Origin: Candidatus Eiseniibacteriota bacterium
GTDB taxonomy: Bacteria > Eisenbacteria > RBG-16-71-46
Reading direction: 5' to 3'
NCBI GenBank assembly: GCA_963707915.1
Contig: OY970178.1
Span: forward strand, 2,752,001 to 2,816,000
DNA: 64,000 nucleotides
Under the pieces are notes generated by a model that ran no database searches, had not been told where the DNA came from, and saw only the letters and a list, made by a program, of their open reading frames with translations. Shown here piece by piece: positions 28,158 to 37,353 of the stretch. Every line of letters begins with the position of its first letter. Position 1 is the first letter of the stretch. The translations under genes and the position numbers were made by a program.

Positions 28158-29105
28158 TCAGTCCAGCGTGAGGGTGACGGGGACGAGGACCCAGCAGCGG
28201 CAGGGCGCTCCCTGCCAGACCACCGGTTGGAAGCTCCAATCCCTCACGCAGGCGAGCGCCGCGGCGTTGAGCGCAGGGATGCCCGACTGGAGCTGTGCGC
28301 GGATCACGCGGCCGTCCGTGTCCACGAGGGCGAGGACCCAGACGCGGCCCTGGATGCCGGCCGCCCTCGAGGCGTCGGGGTAGGGGCAGTGCGGCCGGCT
28401 CAACAACGTGGCCGGCGCGAAGCGGCTCGCCCGGCCGGGGACGCTCACCGCGAGCGTCTCGGGGAGCACGGGCACCGCGCCCGCGAGGTCCGCCGGCGGG
28501 CGGGTCGTGTCGCGCGGAGCGGGCGTGGTCGCCGTGGGGCCCGCGGGCGCGGCCGGCGGCGTGCCCGGAGGGCGTGCCGCGCCGGGGAGGGTGTCGCGCG
28601 CCGCGACCCCGCGCCTGAGCCTCGCGATCGCGCTCGCGCCGGTGATGGGCATGGCGTCCGGCGCGGCGGCGAGCGCCGCCGGACCCTCATCGGCACCGGC
28701 CGGCACGACCGAGGCCTTGAGGCTGCCGCCGCTCACCTCGACGCGCAGGCGCGTGCGCGCGGCCCAGTCGCAGACCTCGCTCCTGGGAGTGGGCTGCCCG
28801 CAGGTCTTCCGGTAGCCCATGGCGGTCAACTGGTCGTGGACGTAGGCGATCTCGTAGGCCGAGGCCTGCTCCACCTCGAAATCAACCCGGGCGAGCCGTC
28901 CGCCCTCGAACGTGAGCGTGGCGTCGCTGGTCAGCCCGAAGAAGCGGCAGCGGCCCTTCCGCGCGGCCGGTCCGGCCGGCCCGAAGCCGCGCGCGGAGAT
29001 CGCGGCGTCGTCGAGTCCGAAGCGCAACGTCGTGCCCGGCACGCGCACCGTGGTGTCCGCGGGCGATGCCAGCACGAGCATCCCGATCACGGCCAGGGCG
29101 AGCAC
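28158..29105 (-). CDS. Secreted protein with a C-terminal TonB domain
   Basis: Signal peptide, Pro/Ala linker, YP..AAGIQGRV....VDTDGRV...AAL..VRDWSFQP...VPVTL. Confidence 0.75.
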   Translation of the reverse strand: MLALAVIGMLVLASPADTTVRVPGTTLRFGLDDAAISARGFGPAGPAARKGRCRFFGLTSDATLTFEGGRLARVDFEVEQASAYEIAYVHDQLTAMGYRKTCGQPTPRSEVCDWAARTRLRVEVSGGSLKASVVPAGADEGPAALAAAPDAMPITGASAIARLRRGVAARDTLPGAARPPGTPPAAPAGPTATTPAPRDTTRPPADLAGAVPVLPETLAVSVPGRASRFAPATLLSRPHCPYPDASRAAGIQGRVWVLALVDTDGRVIRAQLQSGIPALNAAALACVRDWSFQPVVWQGAPCRCWVLVPVTLTLD

Positions 29106-29115
29106 GGGAGTCCCT

Positions 29116-29457
29116 TCAGCGCCGGCGGGCGCGACCGCGCGCCTCGGAGGTCAGGTCGCGGACCAGTTGCTTCCGGTACTCCGCGTCGCGCTCGACGCGG
29201 TCGATCAGCTCCGGGTCGGCGGAGAGGAAGGGAAGATCGAACAACGCGGGCTCGGCTTCCTGCTCGGCGTAGATCCGTTCCTGCTCGTGTCGCATGTAGG
29301 ACACGGCGCGCTCGGCCGTCTCGAGGACGCGGCCCGGGAGGAAGGTGGCGTCCGCCGGGTTGAAGACGTACACGTGGAACTGCCCGTCGAGCCCGCCGGT
29401 GCCGGCGGGGGGCTGGTGCACCTTGATCTTCGCCGTCTTCACCTTGCCTTCAGACAT
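29116..29457 (-). CDS. Hypothetical protein
   Basis: GGAGG RBS, protein-like composition, lies within an operon. Confidence 0.65.
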   Translation of the reverse strand: MSEGKVKTAKIKVHQPPAGTGGLDGQFHVYVFNPADATFLPGRVLETAERAVSYMRHEQERIYAEQEAEPALFDLPFLSADPELIDRVERDAEYRKQLVRDLTSEARGRARRR

Positions 29458-29528
29458 GCATCCTCCGGTCGGGGGGGGGTGCTTGCCGCCGGGTCCGCCC
29501 CCGCGGATCCCGGTCGAGGGCGCCGGGC

Positions 29529-30266
29529 CTAGCCCGGTTGTCCTGCGCCGCGACCCGGGCCGGGCTTCGGCAGGTGCCTCGGCGGGGGCCCGGCATTGAG
29601 CCGGTCGACGATGGCGACCAGCTCGTACACGTCGTCGATGTCGTAGTCCGCGCCCGATTCCACGGTGCCGAAGGTGTCGCCGTAGCGGGCGAACACGGTC
29701 TTCATCCCCAGGCTGCGTCCGCCCACCACGTCGCGCTCGGGCCAGTCGCCCACCATCAGCGATTCGCCGGGATCGACCGCGAGCCGTCCCAGGACCTCGC
29801 GGAACGGGGCCGGGTCGGGCTTGCGCATCTTCGTGTCGTCGAAGGTCACCACCGCGTCGAAGACGTGCTGGAGGGCGAGCGAACAGAGGCGTTGCCAGAC
29901 CTGGTCGCGCGGCGCGTCGGAGACCACGCCGAGCTTGATGCCCCGCTTGGCCAGCTCGAGGAGCGTGAGCTGGACCTTGGGGTAGAGCACCATGGCCGAA
30001 CGCGCCTTGCGGTAGGCCACGATGCCCGAGGCGTGGATCTTGGGGTCGATGCGTCCCAGCTCCAGGACCAGCAGCTCGTCGAAGACGCGCTGGTACTCGA
30101 GCCCCTTCTCCTTGTAGATGGCGTCGATCCGGACCTGCAGCTCGGCCCGCGGCCGCTTCAGCCCGGCGTCGATCATGCCGTCGATGGCGGCGTTCACCGC
30201 GTCCGCCTTCATCTTCATGAAGTCGGTGAGCGTGTTGTCGAGGTCGAAGATGATGGCCTGGATCAA
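29529..30266 (-). CDS. HAD-superfamily hydrolase (subfamily IA)
   Basis: FDLDNTL, VVSD, KPDP, MVGDWPERDVVG. Confidence 0.9.
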   Translation of the reverse strand: MIQAIIFDLDNTLTDFMKMKADAVNAAIDGMIDAGLKRPRAELQVRIDAIYKEKGLEYQRVFDELLVLELGRIDPKIHASGIVAYRKARSAMVLYPKVQLTLLELAKRGIKLGVVSDAPRDQVWQRLCSLALQHVFDAVVTFDDTKMRKPDPAPFREVLGRLAVDPGESLMVGDWPERDVVGGRSLGMKTVFARYGDTFGTVESGADYDIDDVYELVAIVDRLNAGPPPRHLPKPGPGRGAGQPG

Positions 30267-30279
30267 GGGGTCCCGCTGA

Positions 30280-30471
30280 TCACTTGGTCGAGGGACCGAT
30301 CATGCGGCCGAGGCTGATCTCGCCGTTGTCGATGCGGACGTTGAAGCCGCACGCCGGGTTGCTGCAGACCCAGGCCTTGTAGGTGATCGGTGCCCCGTCG
30401 CGGCCGTAGTCGGAGAGTGGCAGCAGCACGCCGTCGTTGCACTTGCGGCACTCGGGGAAGTTCAGCTCCAT
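30280..30471 (-). CDS. Small zinc-ribbon protein (63 aa)
   Basis: GGAGGAGG RBS; CRKC...WVCSNPACGF. Confidence 0.75.
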   Translation of the reverse strand: MELNFPECRKCNDGVLLPLSDYGRDGAPITYKAWVCSNPACGFNVRIDNGEISLGRMIGPSTK

Positions 30472-30523
30472 CCCGCCCTCCTCCCTGCGAAAGACCCCAC
30501 CCGCGTGAACCTGCCAGGCCGTC

Positions 30524-30552
30524 ATTGTAGGCGACGGCGCGTGGCCCGGCAA
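30524..30552 (-). promoter_or_regulatory. Putative sigma70 promoter for the Zn-ribbon/HAD operon
   Basis: TTGCCG-N17-TACAAT on the minus strand. Confidence 0.5.
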
Positions 30553-30622
30553 CGGGGCGGGGCCCGGCCCGGCCCCCGAAATCGGGGCGTCGGGCGCGCC
30601 GCTCCCGGCGGGCGGCCGGCGC

Positions 30623-31351
30623 TCAGCCGCCCGCCCGGATCCCCGTGCTGAGCGGCCAGATGGTGGCGTTGCCGATGGCGACGTGCCCGGGCGCCGAACA
30701 GATGAAGGCGACCAGCGAGGCCACGTCGGCGGTCTCGAGGTTCCGGTCGCGCTCGGGCGAGCCCGGCTCGATGGGCCGGCCGGCCGAGTTCATCATGTGG
30801 GGCGCCACCAGCGAGACGCGCACGCGGTGGGGCTTGAGTTCGAGCGCCGCGGACTCGAGCAGGCCGCGCAGCCCCCACTTGCTCGCGGCGTAGGCCGCCG
30901 AGCCGGGCTGGCCCACGCGCCCGCCCAGCGAATCGATGCCCACCACCGTGCCCCGCCCCTGGGCGATGAGCCAGGGGATCGAGTACTTGAGGGCCAGGAA
31001 GGCGCCCTTGAGATTCAGGTCCAGCAGCCGGTCCCACATCTCTTCCGTGGTCTCGTGCAGCGGCGCGCCCTGCCAGGTGCCGGCGTTCAGCACCACGATG
31101 TCGAGCCGGCCCCACCGCTCGACCGTCGCCTGGACCGCGGCCTGGACTTCGACCGCGGCCGTGACGTCGGCCGGCGCGGCGAGCACCTCGGTCCCGGCGG
31201 CCGCCAGCGCCGCCACCGCCTGCGCGAGGTCGGGCCCCGGCCGGGCGAGGCAGGCGATCGAGGCGCCCTCGGCGGCGAGCGAGCGGCAGATGGCGAGGCC
31301 GAGCCCGCGGCTGGCGCCGGTGACGAGCGCGACCTGGTCCTGGAGTCTCAT
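30623..31351 (-). CDS. SDR family oxidoreductase
   Basis: TGASRGLG, NAG, catalytic S, YAASK. Confidence 0.92.
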   Translation of the reverse strand: MRLQDQVALVTGASRGLGLAICRSLAAEGASIACLARPGPDLAQAVAALAAAGTEVLAAPADVTAAVEVQAAVQATVERWGRLDIVVLNAGTWQGAPLHETTEEMWDRLLDLNLKGAFLALKYSIPWLIAQGRGTVVGIDSLGGRVGQPGSAAYAASKWGLRGLLESAALELKPHRVRVSLVAPHMMNSAGRPIEPGSPERDRNLETADVASLVAFICSAPGHVAIGNATIWPLSTGIRAGG

Positions 31352-31545
31352 GGTCCCTCCTGCGAGTCGGCGCGAAGTTCGACGCCGCGGCGACGAATCT
31401 AATGAGCCGGAAGGGTCCGGGCAACGGGAACCTTTCCGGGGCGGCCCGCCTTCTTTGCGAAACGTGGACGCCCGCCGGCCGTTTCGGGCTTGACGGGACC
31501 CGGGGGGATGTCGTTCTACTCCGCCTCATGTATCCTGCCAAGCCC

Positions 31546-32817
31546 ATGAACGCCCGACCCGGCAGCACCCGATCCGCGCCGCTGACCGCCTGGCTCACCC
31601 TGCTCCTGGTGTCCGTCCTCGCCCCGCCGCTGCGGGCCCAGACGGAAGTCCACATCCCGGTCGTGATCGGGGAGCCCGCCGTGGAATCCGACTCCGCGAT
31701 GGCAGCCCGTGCGCGGGCGGGCTTCCAGTCCAACCGGGGCGACAGCGCGGCCGGCGAGAACTACCGCGCCTACGAGCAGGTCGGCCTGCTCGGCCGGCGC
31801 CTGCTGCGCTCGCTGCCGCGCAAGGACCTGGCGCAGGCGCGAGCCATCAAGCCGGCGCTCGACTCGCTGGGATTCGCCACCGAGGTCGCCACCGACCCCG
31901 CGCTGCCGGCCTTCGCGCTGCTCATGGTGCGCAACCCCGGCCGCTCCTCCGCCGACGCGGTGGGCTTCCTCTACTGGTACCGGGTCGACGACCTGCGCAT
32001 GCAGGGCGTGGTCTTCAAGGGCGGCCACCGGCCGCGCATGCGCGTCTGGCGGACGGCCAATCCCGAGGTCCCGTACGAATGGGGGGTCCTCGACGAGAAC
32101 CGTGACGGAGTGCAGCGCTTCACGATGATGAGGATGAACCCGGGCGGGACGGTCTGGGGCATCCAGCAGGACGAGGAGAGCTTCCCCCTGCTGGGCGAGC
32201 CGGGGGAGGCGGCCTGGGCGGACCTGAACCGCGACGGCCCCCCCGAGTTCGTGAGCTGGACGACCGGTCCGACCGACTCGCTGTTCACCGAATGCTCGAA
32301 CTGCCCGAAGCTCCTGATCGAGCGCACCTTCGTCGAGAGCGGCGACGCCTTCGACCTGCTGGACCAGCGCGTGCTCCCCTCGCCGTACGCGACGCTGGTC
32401 TACTTCGTGCGGCTGCTGATCGACGGCAAGCTCGCCGAGGCCGGGAAGCTGCTGCGCGATCCCGCGAAGGTGCAGGCGGCCGTGGCGCAGGGCTGGAACC
32501 AGCGCGTCGTCCGCAAGCCCTGGGTCGTGGAGATGGCCGAGACCGGCCAGGCCTGGCCACGCCGGCTGGCGCTGCGCTTCGAGGGCCCGAACGGGGTGAA
32601 GCGCTACGCCATGGTCTTCGCGAAGCGCGAGGGCCGCTGGATCATCGACAACTGGTTCGAGCCCCGGGTGATCGAGCGGCGCTTCCCGTCGGTGACCATG
32701 CCGCCCGACACGTCCGCCGGGCCGCGGCCCGGGACCCGGTCGCCCGCTTCGCCGGCGAAGCCGCCGGCGGGGAAGCCGCCGGTCCGGCCCGCGGCCCCGG
32801 CCGCGAAGACGCGGTGA
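31546..32817 (+). CDS. Secreted hypothetical protein with an ECxxCP motif
   Basis: Signal peptide ending LRAQ; FTECSNCP; Pro-rich tail. Start could instead be 31528. Confidence 0.7.
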   Translation: MNARPGSTRSAPLTAWLTLLLVSVLAPPLRAQTEVHIPVVIGEPAVESDSAMAARARAGFQSNRGDSAAGENYRAYEQVGLLGRRLLRSLPRKDLAQARAIKPALDSLGFATEVATDPALPAFALLMVRNPGRSSADAVGFLYWYRVDDLRMQGVVFKGGHRPRMRVWRTANPEVPYEWGVLDENRDGVQRFTMMRMNPGGTVWGIQQDEESFPLLGEPGEAAWADLNRDGPPEFVSWTTGPTDSLFTECSNCPKLLIERTFVESGDAFDLLDQRVLPSPYATLVYFVRLLIDGKLAEAGKLLRDPAKVQAAVAQGWNQRVVRKPWVVEMAETGQAWPRRLALRFEGPNGVKRYAMVFAKREGRWIIDNWFEPRVIERRFPSVTMPPDTSAGPRPGTRSPASPAKPPAGKPPVRPAAPAAKTR

Positions 32818-33950
32818 GCATGCACGGGCCGCGTCCGATCGCGTCCGCCCGGCGCCTCGCGCCGGCGCTGCTGGCCGTGGCGCTGGTCGGCGCCCTCGGC
32901 GCGACCGTGGGGGGCGCGCTCTCGGGCTGCAGCCGGCAGCCGCGCTTCGTGCCGGCCGCGGCGGATTCCTCGCGGACGGCGGGCGCGGACTCGCTGGCCG
33001 AGCAGGTGCGCGTCCTGAACGAACGCTGGAGCGCCGCGGGCAGCGGCGCGGAGGCGTCGCTCCTGACCGCGCAGGTGCTGCTGCGGGACCTGCGCGCTCG
33101 TCAGGCGGCCGATCCGCAGGCCGCCTGGGAGGGCCGCGCCCGCGCGCTGCTGGACTCGCTGGACCTGGGCGCCGAGTTCGCGAGCGCCGGCTGCGCGCTG
33201 GCGGTGAACTTCTTCTCGCGCGGGGATCCCGCCGCCGGCTCGTGGCCGTGGATCTTCTGGTGCGACGGGAACGCGGTGCAGGCCCAGGCGGTCGAGGGCG
33301 CCGGGATGGGGCTGGTCGGGCTCGCCGCGCGCGGCCTCACCGGCGGGTCGGCCGGCGGCGGCGTGCCGCCCGGCGTCGCGGCGCTGTTCGCCCGCCGCGC
33401 GGGCGGCGGGCAGCAACCGCTGCTGCTGGCGTGGCGCGTCGCGGGGGCGCGGCTCGAGCTGGCGCAGACGCTGGGGCCCGACTCGCTCGGCGGCGTCGGC
33501 ACCGGCGCCTTCGCGGCCACGGGCGACACCGCGGTGGTGCTCACCACCCGGACCTGGAAGCCCACGCCGCGCTTCGACGAGTGCGCGACCTGTCCGCACG
33601 TCGTCCACGAGCGCCGCTTTCGCTGGGCGCCCGCGGGCTTCGAGCGCCTCGAGGACACCGTCGTCCAGACGCCCTACGTGGCGTTCGTCCAGCTGGTCGA
33701 GGCGCTGGTTGCCGGCGACCGCGACGGCGCCCTGCTGCGGGTCACGCGGCCGGCCCTGGTCGAGTCCGCCCGCCGGGCGGGCTGGGCCGCCCGGAACGGT
33801 TCCTGGCGCGCGGCGCCCGGGAGCACGGAGGGCGGCGACGAGCTGGTCTTCTACCGCGGCGTGAGCGAGGCCTGGAGGGTGCGCTTCGCGCGCGGCGCCG
33901 ACGGCTGGCGCGTGGACGCGCTCGAGCCCACCACCCGCGTCATCGAGTGA
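32814..33950 (+). CDS. Putative lipoprotein, distant paralog of the upstream gene
   Basis: Lipobox LSGC; FDECATCP; GTGA overlap with the upstream stop. Confidence 0.65.
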   Translation: MSMHGPRPIASARRLAPALLAVALVGALGATVGGALSGCSRQPRFVPAAADSSRTAGADSLAEQVRVLNERWSAAGSGAEASLLTAQVLLRDLRARQAADPQAAWEGRARALLDSLDLGAEFASAGCALAVNFFSRGDPAAGSWPWIFWCDGNAVQAQAVEGAGMGLVGLAARGLTGGSAGGGVPPGVAALFARRAGGGQQPLLLAWRVAGARLELAQTLGPDSLGGVGTGAFAATGDTAVVLTTRTWKPTPRFDECATCPHVVHERRFRWAPAGFERLEDTVVQTPYVAFVQLVEALVAGDRDGALLRVTRPALVESARRAGWAARNGSWRAAPGSTEGGDELVFYRGVSEAWRVRFARGADGWRVDALEPTTRVIE

Positions 33951-33985
33951 CCGCCCGCGGCGTCCCGGGGCCCCTCGCGCACGCG

Positions 33986-34015
33986 TAGACGCGGCTCGCG
34001 TCCGGCGGCTATACT
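33986..34015 (+). promoter_or_regulatory. Putative promoter for the helicase operon
   Basis: TAGACG-N18-TATACT. Confidence 0.4.
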
Positions 34016-34144
34016 GCCCGCGATCCGCACGATGCACGCCCGCGCCCGGGCGTGAAGCCGTGCGCGCGGATCGCCCCGGCGTCCCCGAGCACGCCCACCG
34101 TCACCGTCCGGACCGCGATGCGCGCGGCCCGCGAGGGCCATCGC

Positions 34145-36586
34145 ATGCGACCGCGTCCTGCCCGTTTCCTCGAGGGGCCGCCCCCCGGCCGTGCCGGTCA
34201 CTGGGCCGGGTGGATCGCGGAACTGGCGAGCCGGCCCGAGAACCGTGGCGCGCTCGCGCACCTCGAGGTCCTGCCGGCGCGTCCCGCGCGCTTCGGCACG
34301 CTGTCCTCGCCGTTGCCCCCGTCGCTGGCCGAGGCGCTGTCCGCGCGCGGCATCGGGCGGCTCTACACCCACCAGGTGCTGGCCGTCGAGGCGCTGCGCG
34401 GCGGGCGCGACACGGTGGTGGTGACCGGGACGGCGAGCGGCAAGAGCCTGTGCTACCACCTGCCGGTGATGGAGCGGCTGCTCGCCGAGCGCGGCGCGAC
34501 CGCGCTCTACCTGTTCCCGACCAAGGCGCTCGCGCAGGACCAGCTCAAGAGCGTGGTGCGGCTCGCCTCGGGCCACCCGGACGTGCTCAAGGCCGTCACC
34601 GCGGGCGTCTACGACGGCGACACGCCGCCCGCGACGCGCCGCCGGCTGCGCGACACCGGCAACCTCATCCTCTCGAACCCCGACATGCTGCACCAGGGCA
34701 TCCTGCCCTACCACGCGAAGTGGGCGCGCTTCCTGCGGGGCCTGCGCTACGTGGTGGTGGACGAGATCCACGCCTACCGCGGCATCTTCGGCTCGCACGT
34801 CGCGAACGTGCTGCGGCGGCTCGATCGCGTGGTGCGTCACGTGGGCGGCGAGTTCCGGGTGGTGATGTGCAGCGCGACCATCCGCAACCCGCAGGAGCTC
34901 GCCGAGGCGCTGACCGGCCGCGCCATGACCGTGGTGGACGACGACGGCGCGCCGCGGGGCGAGAAGCACTTCGTCTTCTGGAACCCGCCCTACACCGACC
35001 TGGCGCACGTCGAGCGGCGCTCCTCGAACGTCGAGGGCGCGGGCTGGCTCGCGAGCCTGGTCGAGGACGGCGCGCAGGCGCTGGTCTTCACCAAGTCGCG
35101 CGTCTCGGCGGAGCTGGTCTACCGCTACGCCCGCGAGCGGCTCGAGCGCGTGCGGCCCGGGCTGGGCGACGCGATCCAGCCCTACCGCGGCGGCTACCTG
35201 CCGGAGGAGCGGCGCCGGATCGAGCAGGCGCTGTTCTCGGGCGCGCTGCGCGGCGTGGTCAGCACGAACGCGCTGGAGCTGGGCATCGACATCGGCGGGC
35301 TCGACGCGGCGGTGATGATCGGCGCCCCGCCGACCCTGGCGAGCCTGTGGCAGCAGGCGGGGCGCGCCGGGCGGCGCGCCGGGCGGCGCGCGGGCGCGGC
35401 GGCCGCGGGGGCGGCGGACGGGGTGGTGGGGGGCGGCGCGGAGGGCGCGCCCGCGCTGGCCGTGCTGGTGGCCTACAACGAGACCGTGGACCAGTACCTG
35501 ATGCGGCACCCGGAGTACTTCTTCGGCCGCTCGCCCGAGGCCGCGGTGGTGGACCCGCACAATCCCTACATCCTGGCGCAGCAGCTCGCCTGCGCGGCCT
35601 ACGAGCTGCCGCTGACGCCCGGCGACGAGGCGGCGTTCGGGCCGCAGACCCCGGCGATCCTCGCGGCGCTCGAGGAGGCGGGGGAGACGCGCACCATCGA
35701 CGGCCACACCTACTGGGCGAAGACCGATTTCCCGGCCGCGACGGTCGGCCTGCGCACGATCTCGGACAACACCTACACGATCATGGACGCGACCCGCGAC
35801 AACGCGGTGATCGGCACGGTGGACGCGATCAGCGCGCTGGAGCTGGTCTACCCCGAGGCGGTCTACCTGCACGAGGGCGAGACCTGGTTCGTGAAGCGGC
35901 TGGACCTGGAGCAGAAGATGGCGCTGGTCGAGCCGCGCGTGGTGGACTACTACACGCAGCCGGTGCTCGACACGAGCATCCGCGTGCGCGGCGAGCTGCA
36001 GGTGAAGCCCTGGCGCGGCGAGCGCGTCGCGCTGGGCGAGCTGACCTATTCGTGGCAGACGGTGGCCATGAAGAAGGTCCAGTTCCACACGCTCGACGCC
36101 ATCGGCTACCATCCGCTCGACCTGCCGCGCCTCACCCTCGAGACCACGGGCTTCTGGCTCGCGCCCGGCGAGGCGGCCTGGAGCGCGGTCGCGCGCCGGG
36201 GCCTGAACCCGGTCGAGGGGTTGATGGGCGTGCGCAACCTGTTCATCACGCTGCTCGCGATGCTCGGCATGTGCGACCCGGCCGACCTGGGGGGCAAGAT
36301 CGACTCGTCGAACCTCGGCCGCCCGGCGCTGTTCATGTTCGACCGCTACCCCGGCGGCCTGGGCTTCTGCGAGCAGGGCTGGACGCGCCTCGACGAACTG
36401 GCGCAGGCCGCGCTCGAGCACCTCGAGGCCTGCGGGTGCGAGGGCGGCTGTCCGGCGTGCGTCGGCCTGCCGACGCTGTGGCCCGCGCAGCAGCAGGACC
36501 CGGACCTGCAAGGCGGCCGGGAGATCCCGGGCAAGGAGGCGGCGCGCGCGCTGCTCCGTCACTGGCGAGGAGAAGAGGACCGATGA
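34145..36586 (+). CDS. mrfA: DEAH-box helicase with DUF1998 (MrfA/YprA/Hrq1 family)
   Basis: LYTHQ, TGTASGKSL, FPTKALAQDQ, DEIH, SATI.NP, TNALELGIDIG, QQAGRAGR, C-terminal C...CGCEGGCPAC. Confidence 0.9.
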   Translation: MRPRPARFLEGPPPGRAGHWAGWIAELASRPENRGALAHLEVLPARPARFGTLSSPLPPSLAEALSARGIGRLYTHQVLAVEALRGGRDTVVVTGTASGKSLCYHLPVMERLLAERGATALYLFPTKALAQDQLKSVVRLASGHPDVLKAVTAGVYDGDTPPATRRRLRDTGNLILSNPDMLHQGILPYHAKWARFLRGLRYVVVDEIHAYRGIFGSHVANVLRRLDRVVRHVGGEFRVVMCSATIRNPQELAEALTGRAMTVVDDDGAPRGEKHFVFWNPPYTDLAHVERRSSNVEGAGWLASLVEDGAQALVFTKSRVSAELVYRYARERLERVRPGLGDAIQPYRGGYLPEERRRIEQALFSGALRGVVSTNALELGIDIGGLDAAVMIGAPPTLASLWQQAGRAGRRAGRRAGAAAAGAADGVVGGGAEGAPALAVLVAYNETVDQYLMRHPEYFFGRSPEAAVVDPHNPYILAQQLACAAYELPLTPGDEAAFGPQTPAILAALEEAGETRTIDGHTYWAKTDFPAATVGLRTISDNTYTIMDATRDNAVIGTVDAISALELVYPEAVYLHEGETWFVKRLDLEQKMALVEPRVVDYYTQPVLDTSIRVRGELQVKPWRGERVALGELTYSWQTVAMKKVQFHTLDAIGYHPLDLPRLTLETTGFWLAPGEAAWSAVARRGLNPVEGLMGVRNLFITLLAMLGMCDPADLGGKIDSSNLGRPALFMFDRYPGGLGFCEQGWTRLDELAQAALEHLEACGCEGGCPACVGLPTLWPAQQQDPDLQGGREIPGKEAARALLRHWRGEEDR

Positions 36587-37353
36587 ACTCCCACGAATGG
36601 CCGGTCGCGTTCTTCGACGACGACTACCTGCGCATCTACCGCGCGATGATCTCGCCCGAGATGACCGCGGGCGAAGTGGACTTCCTCGAGGCGGCGCTGG
36701 CGCCGCCGGCGGGCGGCGCGGTGCTGGACGTGGCCTGCGGCTACGGGCGGCACGCCATCGGGCTGGCCCGGCGCGGCTACCGGGTGACGGGCGTGGACTT
36801 CAACCTGAACTACCTGGCGGCGGCCGGGCGCGACGCGGACGAGGCGGGGGCCGGGGCCGCCGCGCGCTGGGTGATGGCCGACATGCGCGCGCTGCCTTTC
36901 GAGAGCGAATTCGACGGGGCCTACTCGTACTTCACCTCGTTCGGTTACTTCTCGGACGAGGAGAACGAGCGGGTGCTGGCGGGCGTGGCGCGCGCGCTTC
37001 GGCCGGGCGGGCGATTCCTGCTCGACGTGCTGAACCGCGACTGGATCCTGACGCACCCGCAGCAGCGGGTCTGGAACCCGCTCGAGGACGGCTCGCTGCT
37101 GATGGAGGAGACCTCGCTGGAGCTGCGGCGCTCGCAGGTGGTCAACCGCCAGATTCACGTCGCGCCGCAGAGCGGGGCGCGGATCACCAAGGAGTTCATG
37201 CTGCGCGCGTACACCTGCGCGGAGCTGGAGTCGCTGTGCGCGCGTCACGGGCTGCGGGTGCGCGAGGTCTGGGGCGGGGCCGACCGCAGCGAGTACACGA
37301 CGGAGAGCCGCCGGCTGATCCTGCTGGCCGAGCGCGGGGAGCGCGATGGCTGA
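36583..37353 (+). CDS. Class I SAM-dependent methyltransferase
   Basis: VLDVACGYGRH, GVD, ADMR.LPF, FTSFGYF, LRPGG. Confidence 0.9.
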   Translation: MNSHEWPVAFFDDDYLRIYRAMISPEMTAGEVDFLEAALAPPAGGAVLDVACGYGRHAIGLARRGYRVTGVDFNLNYLAAAGRDADEAGAGAAARWVMADMRALPFESEFDGAYSYFTSFGYFSDEENERVLAGVARALRPGGRFLLDVLNRDWILTHPQQRVWNPLEDGSLLMEETSLELRRSQVVNRQIHVAPQSGARITKEFMLRAYTCAELESLCARHGLRVREVWGGADRSEYTTESRRLILLAERGERDG

